Source: Nitrospirota bacterium (lineage in GTDB: Bacteria; Nitrospirota; Nitrospiria; Nitrospirales; Nitrospiraceae). From it: 64,000 bases of DNA. Below, in pieces: positions 29,288-43,029 of the stretch (within the stretch, counting starts at the first letter, position 1; every line of letters starts with the position of its first letter). The notes below the pieces were generated by a model, which was given only the letters and a program-made list of their open reading frames with translations, made no database searches and was not told where the DNA came from. Where the stretch lies: NCBI GenBank assembly GCA_963703955.1, contig CAVPGK010000017.1:96001-160000 (forward strand), in the 5' to 3' direction. The position numbers and the translations under genes were made by a program.

Positions 29288-30181
29288 ATGAACAGACTGA
29301 TCAAGAAAGCCAATGTCCTCGTCGAAGCCTTGCCGTACATCCGCACCTTTGCCGAAAAGACAGTCGTGATCAAATACGGTGGCAAGGCGATGACGGAGGA
29401 AGCGCTCAAGGAAAAATTCGCCCTGGATGTGGTTCTCATGAAGTACGTGGGCCTTAACCCGGTCATTGTCCACGGGGGAGGACCTCAGATCGATCAGATG
29501 TTGGGCAAGCTGGGCATAGAGGCCAAGTTCCTGCAAGGCGTGCGGGTCACAGATCGTCCGACGATGGACATCGTGGAGATGGTGCTGGGAGGCAAGATCA
29601 ACAAGGAGATCGTGACCCTGCTCAACCGACATGGCGGCAGAGCCGTCGGGCTGACCGGCAAGGATGGGAACCTGATTTTCGCCAAGCCGTTGACGGTCAA
29701 ATCCTGGGCTGAGAGCCTCAACACGGAGCCGGAAGGAGAGCCGGACGATGATTTCGGTCTGGTGGGTGAGGTGCAAGCCGTCAACCCGAACTTGCTGGGA
29801 AAATTGCAGCAAGAGAATTTCATTCCGGTCATCGCCCCCATCGGAACCGATCGTGCCGGCCACACCTACAACATCAACGCCGATCTGGTTGCCGGCGCGG
29901 TGGCCGCCGCACTCAAGGCTGAGAAGTTGCTGGTCTTAACCGACGTCAAAGGGATCCGCAACGCCAACGGACGGCATGTGTCTACCCTGACACGGAAGGA
30001 CATGCAACGCATGGTCAAAAAAGGCACGATCAGCGCCGGCATGCTTCCCAAGGTCCATGCCTGCCTGATGGCGTTGGACGGGGGGGTCCGCAAAGCCCAC
30101 ATTATCGACGGCCGGATGCCCCACGCGATTCTCTTAGAAGTGTTCACGGACAGGGGCATCGGAACGGAAATCCTGAGCTAA
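29288..30181 (+). CDS. argB: Acetylglutamate kinase
   Basis: VIKYGG, VHGGGPQI, NINAD, GMLPK. Confidence 0.98.
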   Translation: MNRLIKKANVLVEALPYIRTFAEKTVVIKYGGKAMTEEALKEKFALDVVLMKYVGLNPVIVHGGGPQIDQMLGKLGIEAKFLQGVRVTDRPTMDIVEMVLGGKINKEIVTLLNRHGGRAVGLTGKDGNLIFAKPLTVKSWAESLNTEPEGEPDDDFGLVGEVQAVNPNLLGKLQQENFIPVIAPIGTDRAGHTYNINADLVAGAVAAALKAEKLLVLTDVKGIRNANGRHVSTLTRKDMQRMVKKGTISAGMLPKVHACLMALDGGVRKAHIIDGRMPHAILLEVFTDRGIGTEILS

Positions 30182-30186
30182 CTCAC

Positions 30187-31092
30187 TTGCCTCAGGCCTC
30201 ACGTCACAGATTCCAGGCTCACCTTCAAGCTCTCGTCGGCGACCGGCATCCCCATTCAGCTCCGGCCAAGCTCAGACAAACCGCAATCTACCTCACTGAG
30301 CAATTCCGGCAGCTCGGCCTGAATGTCACATTTCACCCTTTCAAGGCGCTTGGGAGGACATATCGGAACGTCATCGCTTCCTTGCCGGTGTCACACTCTT
30401 CCGCGTCACTCCGCAGCGACGAACGAAAGAGCCCTCCGCCGTTGGTCATTGCGGCCCATTACGACACGGTACAGCATTCGCCGGGCGCGGATGATAACGC
30501 CAGCGGCCTTGCCGTCATGCTGGAAACCGCCAGAAGCCTCGTGAAGGTTTCGCTGAGCGGGGAGGTGCGGTTCATTGCTTTCTGCTTGGAGGAAGAAAAC
30601 CTGCTCGGCAGTCTGGCCTACGCGGCTCATCTCCGGGAAAGCGGTCAATTTCTCACGGGGGCCATCGTGCTGGAATGTGTCGGGTTCACGTCCTCTCAGG
30701 AAGGCTCCCAACAGAAACCACCCGGAGTGCCGATTGCCGTCCCGACCATGGGTGACTTCTTGGCGATCGTCGGCAACACGGCGTCAAGCAGGCTGGTGAC
30801 AGGCTTCGAAGCCGCGGCCAAAAAACACGTCCCTGACTTGAAAACCCTCCCGCTCGTCGTCACCGGCAATGGAGAACAACTGCCGGATACGAGGCGCAGC
30901 GATCACGCCGCCTTCTGGCATTATGGGTACCCGGCCATTATGCTGACCGATACCTCCAACTTCCGTAATGCCCATTACCATCAACCGACCGACACGATTG
31001 ACACCCTGGATCTCACATTCATGACCAGAATCGCAGATGCGGTCACAGCCGCAGCGATTGAGTTGGTTAAGCGGTCTGCTGGAGCGATCTAG
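30187..31092 (+). CDS. M28 family metallopeptidase
   Basis: AHYD, GADDNASG, EE, SDH, YH..TD. Confidence 0.9.
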   Translation: MPQASRHRFQAHLQALVGDRHPHSAPAKLRQTAIYLTEQFRQLGLNVTFHPFKALGRTYRNVIASLPVSHSSASLRSDERKSPPPLVIAAHYDTVQHSPGADDNASGLAVMLETARSLVKVSLSGEVRFIAFCLEEENLLGSLAYAAHLRESGQFLTGAIVLECVGFTSSQEGSQQKPPGVPIAVPTMGDFLAIVGNTASSRLVTGFEAAAKKHVPDLKTLPLVVTGNGEQLPDTRRSDHAAFWHYGYPAIMLTDTSNFRNAHYHQPTDTIDTLDLTFMTRIADAVTAAAIELVKRSAGAI

Positions 31093-31110
31093 CTAGCGGA
31101 TTCCGATCAA

Positions 31111-31842
31111 GTGACTACCAGATCACGGCTCAAGCGTGCAACTCTTCGATCGATCGCTCAGGCTTTTGATGCCCTCGACTTTTCAGCCCTGTCGACCATC
31201 TACTGCGACGAAGGCGGCGAGGAATTCTGGAATGACCGGCGTGAGCCCTGCCAGGCGTTGGGCATCGGACTGGCAGAGATCCTTCGCGATCGACTTCGAC
31301 CGGGAGGGCGAAGTCTCTATGTGGGGGCCGGGGTTGCAGAAATTCCGGTGTTGGCCATGGAGACGCTCGATCTGCATCGAAAGGTGGCGGTCTTCAACCT
31401 CCGCGCCGAGGAAGTGTCTGTCTTGAACGCCGCATGCCGGACGCTTCCATTTCGATTTGTTCTGGGAGATGCCGGATCCGCGCGCGGGACATTCGATCAC
31501 CTGTGGATCGTCAGCGTGCTGAATGATCCCGAACGCTTTCCCGATCTGTCGGCCTTGTCATACGGGCAGGCGAATCCAGCCACGTTCAACCCGAATGCAT
31601 TCGCCCGGGAACGCAAGGCGGTCGCTGCGCTCGTGGACTCGTGTCTCAAGAAGCTGGCGCAGTCGGCTCTCGTGACCATGTCGGTCGAAGAAATACCCTG
31701 GATCACAAGCTGGTGCGACCGAAAGAAAATTGCCTGCGCGGTTGAAGAAGAGGAATACCCGACGGCGATCGTTCAAGACCCGGTGTGCTTCATCAGGGTT
31801 GGCAATGAGGCGCGCAGGAAAAACAGGAAGAAATGGAGTTAG
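31111..31842 (+). CDS. Hypothetical protein, possibly Rossmann methyltransferase-like
   Basis: SLYVGAGVAE resembles SAM motif I; GDA...FDHLW. Confidence 0.6.
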   Translation: MTTRSRLKRATLRSIAQAFDALDFSALSTIYCDEGGEEFWNDRREPCQALGIGLAEILRDRLRPGGRSLYVGAGVAEIPVLAMETLDLHRKVAVFNLRAEEVSVLNAACRTLPFRFVLGDAGSARGTFDHLWIVSVLNDPERFPDLSALSYGQANPATFNPNAFARERKAVAALVDSCLKKLAQSALVTMSVEEIPWITSWCDRKKIACAVEEEEYPTAIVQDPVCFIRVGNEARRKNRKKWS

Positions 31843-32372
31843 AACCCCACCTTCGGCCGCTCGGGACCGGCGAGATACTGACGGGAGTACCTGACGTAGT
31901 TCTGGGCAGATTCTCTGATCCATGCAAGCTCTTCGTTGGTGACCGGTCGCTTAACCTTGGCCGGAGAACCGACGATCAGACTCTTCGGAGGCACAGTGGT
32001 CCGCTCCGTCACCAATGCCCGCGCACCGACAATACAGTCCTCCCTGATCAGGGCACCGTCCATGATGGTCGCTCCCATCCCGACCAGCACCCGGTCCTTG
32101 ATGGTACAGCCATGAAGCACCACATGATGTCCCACCGTCACATCATCGCCGAGGATCGTCGGATACGTATCATGAGTCACATGGACGACGCAAAGATCTT
32201 GGATGTTCGTCCGGCTTCCAATCCTGATGTAGTGCACATCACCGCGAATCACGGCGTTGAACCACACGCTGGAGTCGTCGCCGACCACTACATCCCCGAT
32301 GACGACCGCGGTCTCCTCGATGAAGGCGTTGTCTGCAATGGTGGGCTTGATCCCTTGGAAGGTACGAATCAT
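31839..32372 (-). CDS. Gamma-carbonic anhydrase family protein (YrdA-like)
   Basis: Hexapeptide repeats, IRGDV, NIQD..VVH, VGH..LHGC. Confidence 0.95.
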   Translation of the reverse strand: MIRTFQGIKPTIADNAFIEETAVVIGDVVVGDDSSVWFNAVIRGDVHYIRIGSRTNIQDLCVVHVTHDTYPTILGDDVTVGHHVVLHGCTIKDRVLVGMGATIMDGALIREDCIVGARALVTERTTVPPKSLIVGSPAKVKRPVTNEELAWIRESAQNYVRYSRQYLAGPERPKVGF

Positions 32373-32490
32373 GCCTCTACCTTAGAGAAACTACACCACG
32401 TGAATCAAGCCGACCTTGATTGTTCTCGAGTTGACACTGCTTCTCGCCCTCCCGTACACTCCTTCCCCTATGTCGGGTAGAGTTCTCACC

Positions 32491-33855
32491 ATGAGAGCCG
32501 ATTTCCCTGCCGTGCGGATCGGGTTCGTCAACCTGGGATGCTCCAAGAATCAGGTGGACGCTGAGGTTATGCTCGGCTCGCTCACGACCAACGGCTTTAC
32601 ACTGACCACTGATCCCGATACGGCCGAAGTCGTCATTATCAATACCTGCGGCTTTATCGAGGAAGCCAAGCAGGAGTCGATCAACGCGATTATCGAGTGC
32701 GGGGAACTCAAGAAAACAGGCGCGTGCAAAGTTCTGATCGCCGCCGGGTGCCTCGCCCAGCGCTACCAGGGTGAGTTGCTGAAGGAGTTGCCTGAGCTGG
32801 ACGGGGTCGTTGGGACCGGCGAAATCGGACGCATCGCAGACATCTGCCGCACACTGCTCAAGCCGGCCCGCAAGACTCAACGGCTCTGGATGGCTCCCCC
32901 GCCCTATCTCTACGATGAGATGACCCCAAGGCTGCGTCTGGGCAAGACTCATACAGCCTACGTTAAGATCGCCGAGGGCTGTAACCGCAATTGCGCGTTC
33001 TGCGCCATTCCGCTCATGCGTGGTAAGCAGCGGAGCAGACCGGTCCAGTCCATCGTTGAAGAGGCCAGACGCCTCGCAGCCGAGGGTGTCAAGGAGATCA
33101 ATCTGATCTCGCAAGATACGATCAACTACGGGGTAGATCTCGGCCTGAAGCGAGGGCTCGCCACGCTTTTGCGTGAATTGGTAAAGGTGAAGGAGCTTCG
33201 GTGGATCCGTCCCTTCTATCTTTATCCGCAGCAAGTGGACGATGATCTGATCGACCTCTACGCCGGAGAGGAGAAGATCACCAAGTATATCGACATGCCG
33301 CTTCAGCACATCAATGACACGATGCTGAAGCGCATGCATCGATTGGGGAATAGAGCCTCCATCACGAACCTCGTGAATCGGCTACGGGCGCGGATTCCCG
33401 GTTTGACCTTCCGGACCGGCTTCATCGTGGGATTTCCGGGCGAGACCAAGGCTCACTTCATGGAATTGAAGCACTACCTGACCGAGATGGAGTTTGATCG
33501 TGTCGGGGTGTTCCTCTATTCGGACGAAGACGGAACGCCGGCAATGGAGCTTACCGATAAACGCGAGCGGGACGTGATGGAAGAGCGTCAAGCCGAATTA
33601 CTTCGCGTGCAGGAATCAATCGCGCTGAAGCGGAGTCGCCAACTGATCGGCCGCACGATGGAAGTGCTGGTAGAGGGAGTATCGGAAGAAACGGACCTGC
33701 TGTGGGCAGCCCGCCACGAAGGACAGGCGCCGGAGATTGACGGCGTCGTCTACATCAACGACGCCGCCAATCATCTCCTGAAACCCAGTGAATTCGTCAA
33801 GGCTCAGATCACCGATGCCGCCGCCTACGACCTCGTCGCTCACATCCTAAGCTGA
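32491..33855 (+). CDS. rimO: Ribosomal protein S12 methylthiotransferase
   Basis: LGCSKNQVD, NTCGFI, AEGCNRNCAFC, C-terminal TRAM (APEIDG); TTGACA-N18-TACACT at 32431. Confidence 0.97.
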   Translation: MRADFPAVRIGFVNLGCSKNQVDAEVMLGSLTTNGFTLTTDPDTAEVVIINTCGFIEEAKQESINAIIECGELKKTGACKVLIAAGCLAQRYQGELLKELPELDGVVGTGEIGRIADICRTLLKPARKTQRLWMAPPPYLYDEMTPRLRLGKTHTAYVKIAEGCNRNCAFCAIPLMRGKQRSRPVQSIVEEARRLAAEGVKEINLISQDTINYGVDLGLKRGLATLLRELVKVKELRWIRPFYLYPQQVDDDLIDLYAGEEKITKYIDMPLQHINDTMLKRMHRLGNRASITNLVNRLRARIPGLTFRTGFIVGFPGETKAHFMELKHYLTEMEFDRVGVFLYSDEDGTPAMELTDKRERDVMEERQAELLRVQESIALKRSRQLIGRTMEVLVEGVSEETDLLWAARHEGQAPEIDGVVYINDAANHLLKPSEFVKAQITDAAAYDLVAHILS

Positions 33856-33935
33856 CGAGCCGGCTCGCCATTCGAGCCCACGCCTTGCCATTGCGACAGT
33901 AATATCGAAGGTGTTTGCGCCCTGTCGGCCGCATG

Positions 33936-35471
33936 CTACACCTTCACACTCAGGAACAGGGATGCGCCACGACGGTTGATCCGCAACAGCACGCTCTGAT
34001 CCTTCTTCAAGTCGGCTGTGGCCTTCTCAAAATCCTTGGCCGATCGAACCTCGTGCCGGTTGATCTCAAGGATCACGTCACCCTCCATCATCCCTGCCTG
34101 TTCGGCCGGGCTGTCCGATTCGACGGCGGTGACCACGACCCCTTTGGTCTTTTCACTCAGCCCGAGTTCCTGAGCCATTTTGCGATCGAGCGTCTGCACC
34201 TCGATCCCGACAAGCGCGTGCTCCGCATCGCCGCCCGTTTCGGCTTTCGCCGTCTTGATGGCGTCCGCCTGTTCGCCGACGGTTACCGTCAGTTCCTTCT
34301 CATGACCGTCACGGAGCACTCTGACCGTGGCTTTCGCGCCCACCGGAGTGCGAGTGACCATCCGCTGCAGCGCGGCCGGCTCCTCCACCCGCTCGCCCTG
34401 ATATTCCACGATCACGTCGCCCTGCTTGATCCCGCCTTGCTCGGCCGGGCTATCCGCCGTGACGTCGCTGATCAGCACGCCGCCGGCTTTCTTCAACCCG
34501 AAAGACTTCGCCAAATCCGGGGTCAGATCCTGAATCGCCACGCCCAGATAACCCCGAACCACTTTGCCTGACTTCATCAGACTCTCGTATACCGGTTTTG
34601 CCATGCTTGTCGGTACGGCAAATCCGACGCCTTGATACCCGCCGGTCTGGGAAAAGATCGCGGTATTGATGCCGATGAGCTCACTTTTGGTGTTCACCAG
34701 CGCACCACCCGAGTTCCCCGGATTGATCGCTGCATCGGTCTGGATGAAATCCTCGTACTGCGTGATGCCCATCCGGCCTCGTCCCAGCGCGCTCACGATG
34801 CCGAGCGTCACGGTCGAGTTCAGGCCGAACGGGTTCCCGACTGCCAGTACGTACTCACCAACCTGTAGCTTCGAGGAGTCTCCCCAGGCGACGTACGGCA
34901 GCTCCCGTCCGTCGATCTTCACCACGGCCAGATCGGTCTTCGGATCGGTTCCGACCACCTTGCCCTTGAATTCCCGCTTATCCGGTAACGTGACCTGGAC
35001 CTCCTTCGCGCTTTCCACCACATGGTTATTGGTGATGATGTAACCATCCTGGGAAATGATCACCCCCGACCCCATCCCACCACCGCGTGGCCCTCGGTCG
35101 AACGGCCCGTGCTCGAAGGGGCTCTTTCCTCGTGGACCAAACGGCTTACGCGGGAATTGGAACCCAAAAAACTCTTCCATCTGATCGAACGGCTCACGCC
35201 ACTCGCGACCCTCACGACGATCGCGATCACGGACGAGCGTTTTCGCCGGCGTAATGTTGACCACGGCCGGTTTGACCGCCTTGGCCACCTCAATGAATCC
35301 CGGCGCGCTTTCGCTCCCCGTTAACGTGGTGGCCACGGACGTCGCCGCAACCGCTCCCTGCGGCGAGACGACATACTGTCCGGAGATGAACGCGACAGAC
35401 CCAAGCATGGCCAGCCCTGTGATCACGCCCACCATGCTCACCAGTCGTGAACGCACACTCAGTGACTTCAT
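33936..35471 (-). CDS. DegQ/DegP family serine protease with two PDZ domains
   Basis: TNNHV, DLAV, GNSGG, two PDZ domains. Confidence 0.96.
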   Translation of the reverse strand: MKSLSVRSRLVSMVGVITGLAMLGSVAFISGQYVVSPQGAVAATSVATTLTGSESAPGFIEVAKAVKPAVVNITPAKTLVRDRDRREGREWREPFDQMEEFFGFQFPRKPFGPRGKSPFEHGPFDRGPRGGGMGSGVIISQDGYIITNNHVVESAKEVQVTLPDKREFKGKVVGTDPKTDLAVVKIDGRELPYVAWGDSSKLQVGEYVLAVGNPFGLNSTVTLGIVSALGRGRMGITQYEDFIQTDAAINPGNSGGALVNTKSELIGINTAIFSQTGGYQGVGFAVPTSMAKPVYESLMKSGKVVRGYLGVAIQDLTPDLAKSFGLKKAGGVLISDVTADSPAEQGGIKQGDVIVEYQGERVEEPAALQRMVTRTPVGAKATVRVLRDGHEKELTVTVGEQADAIKTAKAETGGDAEHALVGIEVQTLDRKMAQELGLSEKTKGVVVTAVESDSPAEQAGMMEGDVILEINRHEVRSAKDFEKATADLKKDQSVLLRINRRGASLFLSVKV

Positions 35472-35582
35472 ACCTTCCTCCTTGTGACAACAATGAATGC
35501 CCAAATCGAGGCGTCGTCGAAATCCGTAGTCGGATGGTAACAGTGGAAGATAAGAAGCTGATTAAAGCGAGATTAGAAGTTT

Positions 35583-37052
35583 CTAATGGGAAGGGGAGGC
35601 GGACAGGAGCGGAAGGACAACCGTAACCGTCGTGCCTTTGCCGGGTTGACTGTTCAATTGAATCGTGCCGTGGTGAGCCTCCACGATCCATTTGCAGATC
35701 GAGAGCCCCAAGCCGGTGCCCTTTTTCGCATGAGCACGAGCCTGATCCGCTCGATAGAACCGCTGAAAGATATGCGCCTGATCTTCGGGCTCGATCCCAA
35801 TTCCCGAATCCATCACCGAGAGCCGCGCCATTTGCCCATCGGTGACCAAGTTCAATTCGACGATTCCGCCTTTAAAGGAGTATTTGACTGCATTGTCGAC
35901 GAGGTTCAGGAGGAGTTCTCGTAACCTGAATTCATCACCCGCGACAGTGGCCGGCCCCAAAGTCCCCATGACGACCTGGATCTCCTGTTCCTGGGCGAGA
36001 ACGGTCGCTTGCCGCTTGGTATCCTCGACCAACGCGTCGAGCCGAACCGGTTTGGATTCCATCTTGATCTCTCCGAGGTCGGCGCGAGACAGAAATAGTA
36101 ACTCATCCACAATGCGGGTCATGCGGTCGATCTCTTCCAAGCTGCTTTCCAGTACCAGTCGATAGTCCTCAACCGAGCGCGGCCGCCGAAGCGCCAATTC
36201 GGTTTCGCCTTTTAGAACGGTCAGCGGCGTGCGAAGCTCATGTGAGGCATCCGTACTGAACTGGCGGACTTGTCGAAACGACGCTTCCAACCTCGCGATC
36301 ATATCGTTAAAGGTCGCCGCCAATTTTCCGATCTCGTCCTGCGACGGTGGAGCCGACAGCCGTTGGGTGAGATCACCGCCCGCAATGCGTTGCGCGGCGA
36401 GCGTAATCTCGCCGACCGGTCGAAGCGCCCGGCCGGCGAGGAACCAGCCGCCCGCCAGTGCGGCCAGCAGCGCCACCGGCACCGTCACCAGCAGAATCAC
36501 CAGCAAGCGATGGAGCGTTTCTTCCACCGACCGCAGGGATGTCCCGACCTGGACGACATTGACGAGCGTCCCGCCGAGTCGAATGGGAACCGAGATGAGC
36601 CGGAGCGGAGGTTCTCCTTGAAAACGGGCGGACTCAAAGGTGGTGTTCCCGTTAAACGCCTGCTCCAGAGCGGTGCGGCTGAGCGGAATATCGCGGCTCC
36701 GGATATTGGGAGACTGGATCGTAATCTTCCCGCTTGGGCCGAAGATCTGAAAGAACTTGTCCCGCACAGCCAACTCAGGAAAATCCTCGGACAGGTCCTC
36801 GAAAAGCAGAAACGGGCCGAATCGGCGTTCCTCCAGCGAATGAATGGCGACGGACGCGGCGTCCTCCAGCGAACGATCCACTTGATCCTTCAGCGCGCCG
36901 GCCATCTCTGCATACAGCGCGCCGGCAAAGAGGATCAAAATACCGGCTAGCGCCGTTCCATACCAGAGGGTGAGCCTGACACGAAGAGAGAGGCTAGAAC
37001 GACCATGATGTTGGCCTCTAGGCTGAGGTTGAGCCTGAAAATCAGTCATCAC
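35583..37052 (-). CDS. Sensor histidine kinase (CusS/CzcS-like, HAMP)
   Basis: Two TMs, HAMP, DASHELRTPL, N/G boxes. Confidence 0.95.
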   Translation of the reverse strand: MMTDFQAQPQPRGQHHGRSSLSLRVRLTLWYGTALAGILILFAGALYAEMAGALKDQVDRSLEDAASVAIHSLEERRFGPFLLFEDLSEDFPELAVRDKFFQIFGPSGKITIQSPNIRSRDIPLSRTALEQAFNGNTTFESARFQGEPPLRLISVPIRLGGTLVNVVQVGTSLRSVEETLHRLLVILLVTVPVALLAALAGGWFLAGRALRPVGEITLAAQRIAGGDLTQRLSAPPSQDEIGKLAATFNDMIARLEASFRQVRQFSTDASHELRTPLTVLKGETELALRRPRSVEDYRLVLESSLEEIDRMTRIVDELLFLSRADLGEIKMESKPVRLDALVEDTKRQATVLAQEQEIQVVMGTLGPATVAGDEFRLRELLLNLVDNAVKYSFKGGIVELNLVTDGQMARLSVMDSGIGIEPEDQAHIFQRFYRADQARAHAKKGTGLGLSICKWIVEAHHGTIQLNSQPGKGTTVTVVLPLLSASPSH

Positions 37053-37068
37053 GTGACCTTAATCTTCC

Positions 37069-37743
37069 TCAGCCTTCGGCCTTCAGCACATAGCCGCTGC
37101 CGCGCAGTGTGTGAATGAGCTTCCTATCGCGGCCGCGGTCGATCTTGTTACGGAGATAATTCACGTACACATCGATGACGTTGGTAAACGTGTCGAAGTC
37201 CAAATCCCAGACGTGTTCGGCAATCATCGGGCGCGTAAGCACTCGGCCGGCGTTCCGCATGAAGTACTCAAGGAGCGCATATTCCTTTGCCGTCAGCTCA
37301 ATGCTCTGCCCTCCCCGGGTCACCTCGCGAGTGGCCGGATTGAGGATCAGGTCTTCGACTTGGAAGATACCGGATGGCTCGCCGCTTCCGCGCCTCAGCA
37401 GAGCCCGTGTGCGCGCCAACAGCTCTTCAATGGCGAACGGCTTGGTGAGGTAATCGTCGGCGCCCGCATCCAAGCCCTTGACCTTCTGATCGAGTTGGGC
37501 CCGAGCGGTCAGAATGAGAACCGGTGTATGGATTTTCTTACTGCGAAGCTTGTGAAGAACGTCGAGGCCGGATAGCCCAGGCAACATCAGGTCGAGGATA
37601 ATCAAATCGTAGCTGCCGAACTCTGCGAGCTCAAATCCTTTCGCGCCATCATCGCAGAGGTCAACCGCGTAACTCTCCTCCTCCAGCGCCTGCCGGATAA
37701 ACGAGGCGACCTTGGCTTCGTCTTCAACCACCAGAATTCGCAT
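37069..37743 (-). CDS. OmpR-family response regulator (CusR/CzcR-like)
   Basis: MRILVVEDE, GADDYLTKPF, TNVIDVYVNYLR. Confidence 0.96.
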   Translation of the reverse strand: MRILVVEDEAKVASFIRQALEEESYAVDLCDDGAKGFELAEFGSYDLIILDLMLPGLSGLDVLHKLRSKKIHTPVLILTARAQLDQKVKGLDAGADDYLTKPFAIEELLARTRALLRRGSGEPSGIFQVEDLILNPATREVTRGGQSIELTAKEYALLEYFMRNAGRVLTRPMIAEHVWDLDFDTFTNVIDVYVNYLRNKIDRGRDRKLIHTLRGSGYVLKAEG

Positions 37744-37745
37744 AG

Positions 37746-37883
37746 TAGGCTGCTGAAAAAACCCTCCAGCGGCTGGAGTAGCATTACGGAAACGGCCGCC
37801 TCACCACTCGGCGGCGTGCGCAAACGTGATGCTCGTTATTCCTCGCATCGCGCGCCTTGCTGGAGGCCTTTTTGAGCAGCCTA
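37746..37883. mobile_element. MITE-like element, GCTGAAAA/TTTTGAGC family, copy 3
   Basis: 25-bp inverted ends TAGGCTGCTGAAAAAACCCTCCAGC / GCTGGAGGCCTTTTTGAGCAGCCTA (22/25). Confidence 0.85.
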
Positions 37884-37982
37884 GAGTGACGAAGTCATGT
37901 CCTGTCCATGACATACCGGAAACCCATCAGGTAAAAGGCTTAATTGGCACTTCTGCTCTAAAGTTTGAGACCATGTCAGAAC

Positions 37983-39638
37983 TTACTTCGGGGGGAATCT
38001 GGTGATCGTGACCGGCGCGTAGCGCAGCGAAGGGCCGTTCGGTGTGCGATAGGCAAGCGAATGTTTCAGCCAATTCGCGTCGTCCCGTGTCGGGAAGTCG
38101 GAACGATAATGGGCCCCTCGACTCTCCGTGCGAGCCAAGGCTCCCGCGACGATCGTTTCGGCGATGTCTAAGAGCGAGTCCAACTCCAGGGCGTGAATGA
38201 GGTCGGAGTTAAAGATGTGACCATGATCCTGGAGATAGATGTGAGCAACGCGCGCCCTGAGTTGACGCACAGTCTCCATCGCCTCTGTCATCGACTTTTC
38301 AGTCCGAAAGATGCCTAGGTTCAGGCTCAACGTCTTCCCCAACTCCTCTTGGATGTGCCAGGCTCGCTCAATGCCGGTACGTGTCATCAGTGTCTTGATC
38401 CTTCTCCGCTCCATGCGAAGCGTCTCTTCAGAGAGCGCGCGAGGCGTGACCGTCTCGACATAGTCGGACGCGCGACGGCCCGCCCGTCGCCCGAACACGA
38501 CCGTCTCCAACAACGAATTTCCGCCCAGACGATTTGCCCCATGGACGCTCACACAGGCACATTCTCCGGCGGCATACAACCCGGCGATTTCCGTTTCGCC
38601 CCACTGATTGGTTCGCACGCCGCCCATTTGATAGTGGGCGCCGGGCCGGACGGGGATCGGGCTCTCGATGGGGTCCACACCTGCGAATTCGATCGCGAGC
38701 TCCCGTATCTGCGGCAGCCGCTCAAGAATGCGCTGGCGGCCAAGATGACGCAGATCCAGAAGGACGCAGCCATCTACGCCTCGCCCTTCAAGAATTTCTC
38801 TCCCGATGGCCAGCGACACGGTGGATCGGGTCGCTAACTCCATCTGCTCAGGCGCATAGGTTTTCATGAACCTGTCGCCGAGTGTATTGAGCAAATACCC
38901 TCCCTCGCCACGCGCTCCCTCCGTAATCAGGATACCGGTGTCCTTGAGGGTGGTGGGATGAAATTGCACGAACTCCATGTCCTCAAGCGGCGCACCGGCC
39001 CGATAGGCGAGCGCCATCCCATCGCCCGTATTGATGACGGCGTTGGTGCTCGTGAGGAAGACCCGGCCGCTGCCGCCGGTCGCGAGGATTACCGCCTTTG
39101 CCGCAATCGCGTGCAGGCCCCCCTGAAGCAGATTCCAAGCAATGACCCCGCGACAGACGCCGCCCTCGACGATGAGGCTGGTGACATACCATTCTTCGTA
39201 GACCAGGATCCGTCGCTTGAGGAGCTGCTCGTACATCGCGTGGAGGATCGCATGACCGGTTCGGTCGGCGGCGTAACAGGTGCGCGGGAAGCCGGCTCCG
39301 CCGAACGGACGTTGGGCGATGCGGCCGCGCTCGTTCCTGCTGAAGATGACACCCATCCGCTCAAGGTCCAGAATATCGTCAGCCGCCTCCTGGCACATGG
39401 CTTCGATCGCATCCTGATCGCCGAGGTATTGGCCGCCCTTTGCGGTATCCAAGGCATGGGCTTCCCATGAGTCATTTTCGCCGAGCGCGGCGTTGATGCC
39501 ACCCTGCGCTGCGACCGAATGACTACGGACCGGATGAACTTTGGATAGAATCGCGACGTCAAGGTGGGGGGACGCTGCAAGAGCCGCCCTCATGCCGGCG
39601 AGTCCCGCCCCTACGACAAGGAGATCATGAACCTTCAT
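37983..39638 (-). CDS. sdhA: Succinate dehydrogenase/fumarate reductase flavoprotein subunit
   Basis: [44 protein letters not shown]. Confidence 0.88.
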   Translation of the reverse strand: MKVHDLLVVGAGLAGMRAALAASPHLDVAILSKVHPVRSHSVAAQGGINAALGENDSWEAHALDTAKGGQYLGDQDAIEAMCQEAADDILDLERMGVIFSRNERGRIAQRPFGGAGFPRTCYAADRTGHAILHAMYEQLLKRRILVYEEWYVTSLIVEGGVCRGVIAWNLLQGGLHAIAAKAVILATGGSGRVFLTSTNAVINTGDGMALAYRAGAPLEDMEFVQFHPTTLKDTGILITEGARGEGGYLLNTLGDRFMKTYAPEQMELATRSTVSLAIGREILEGRGVDGCVLLDLRHLGRQRILERLPQIRELAIEFAGVDPIESPIPVRPGAHYQMGGVRTNQWGETEIAGLYAAGECACVSVHGANRLGGNSLLETVVFGRRAGRRASDYVETVTPRALSEETLRMERRRIKTLMTRTGIERAWHIQEELGKTLSLNLGIFRTEKSMTEAMETVRQLRARVAHIYLQDHGHIFNSDLIHALELDSLLDIAETIVAGALARTESRGAHYRSDFPTRDDANWLKHSLAYRTPNGPSLRYAPVTITRFPPK

Positions 39639-39779
39639 GCAGACCGAGTTGACGATACCTTAGGTCGATTAATCAAGAGCCTGAGATGATCATCATCATG
39701 ACCGATCACAGCTGGTTGAGGCAAGAGGGCAGGTTATACTCTTGCTTCACTCCACCGAGCCATGCAAAATGGGGGAATA

Positions 39780-39843
39780 CAGGGCGGCCTGGTTGTTCTT
39801 CGTGCGCGCGTGGCGCGCACTCAAGAGTAACAGGGCCGCCCTG
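39780..39843. repeat. 64-bp imperfect palindrome (REP-like)
   Basis: CAGGGCGGCCTGGTTGTTCTT-CGTGCGCGCGTGGCGCGCACTC-AAGAGTAACAGGGCCGCCCTG. Confidence 0.75.
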
Positions 39844-39940
39844 CTAAGTGAGACGAGAGAAGACGAAGCGGGCGCAATGACAACAAATCCGTCAGGAGAT
39901 ACATTGTAAGGGCACAGCGTAACAAGCCATTGGAGATTTC

Positions 39941-42853
<2,913 letters not shown>

Positions 42854-43029
42854 CGTCGATCGGCTAATTTCGAGTCGATGATAGAGAAAAGGGCCTTGTC
42901 TGTGGGGGCCGAACGCTTCACGGATTTTTCCATATTGAGGCGCATCAGCGGCGTATTTCTATACTTTGTTGAAGCGACGATCGTGTCCTAACGAACTCGA
43001 TCCGTTTCGGGAATGTGCAGGTGCTAGAG

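Noticed and set aside
39700..39940. Glycine riboswitch upstream of gcvP
   Set aside because: The conserved GGAGA...CCGAAG and CTCTCAGG elements are not arranged as an aptamer; only a simple palindrome is present.
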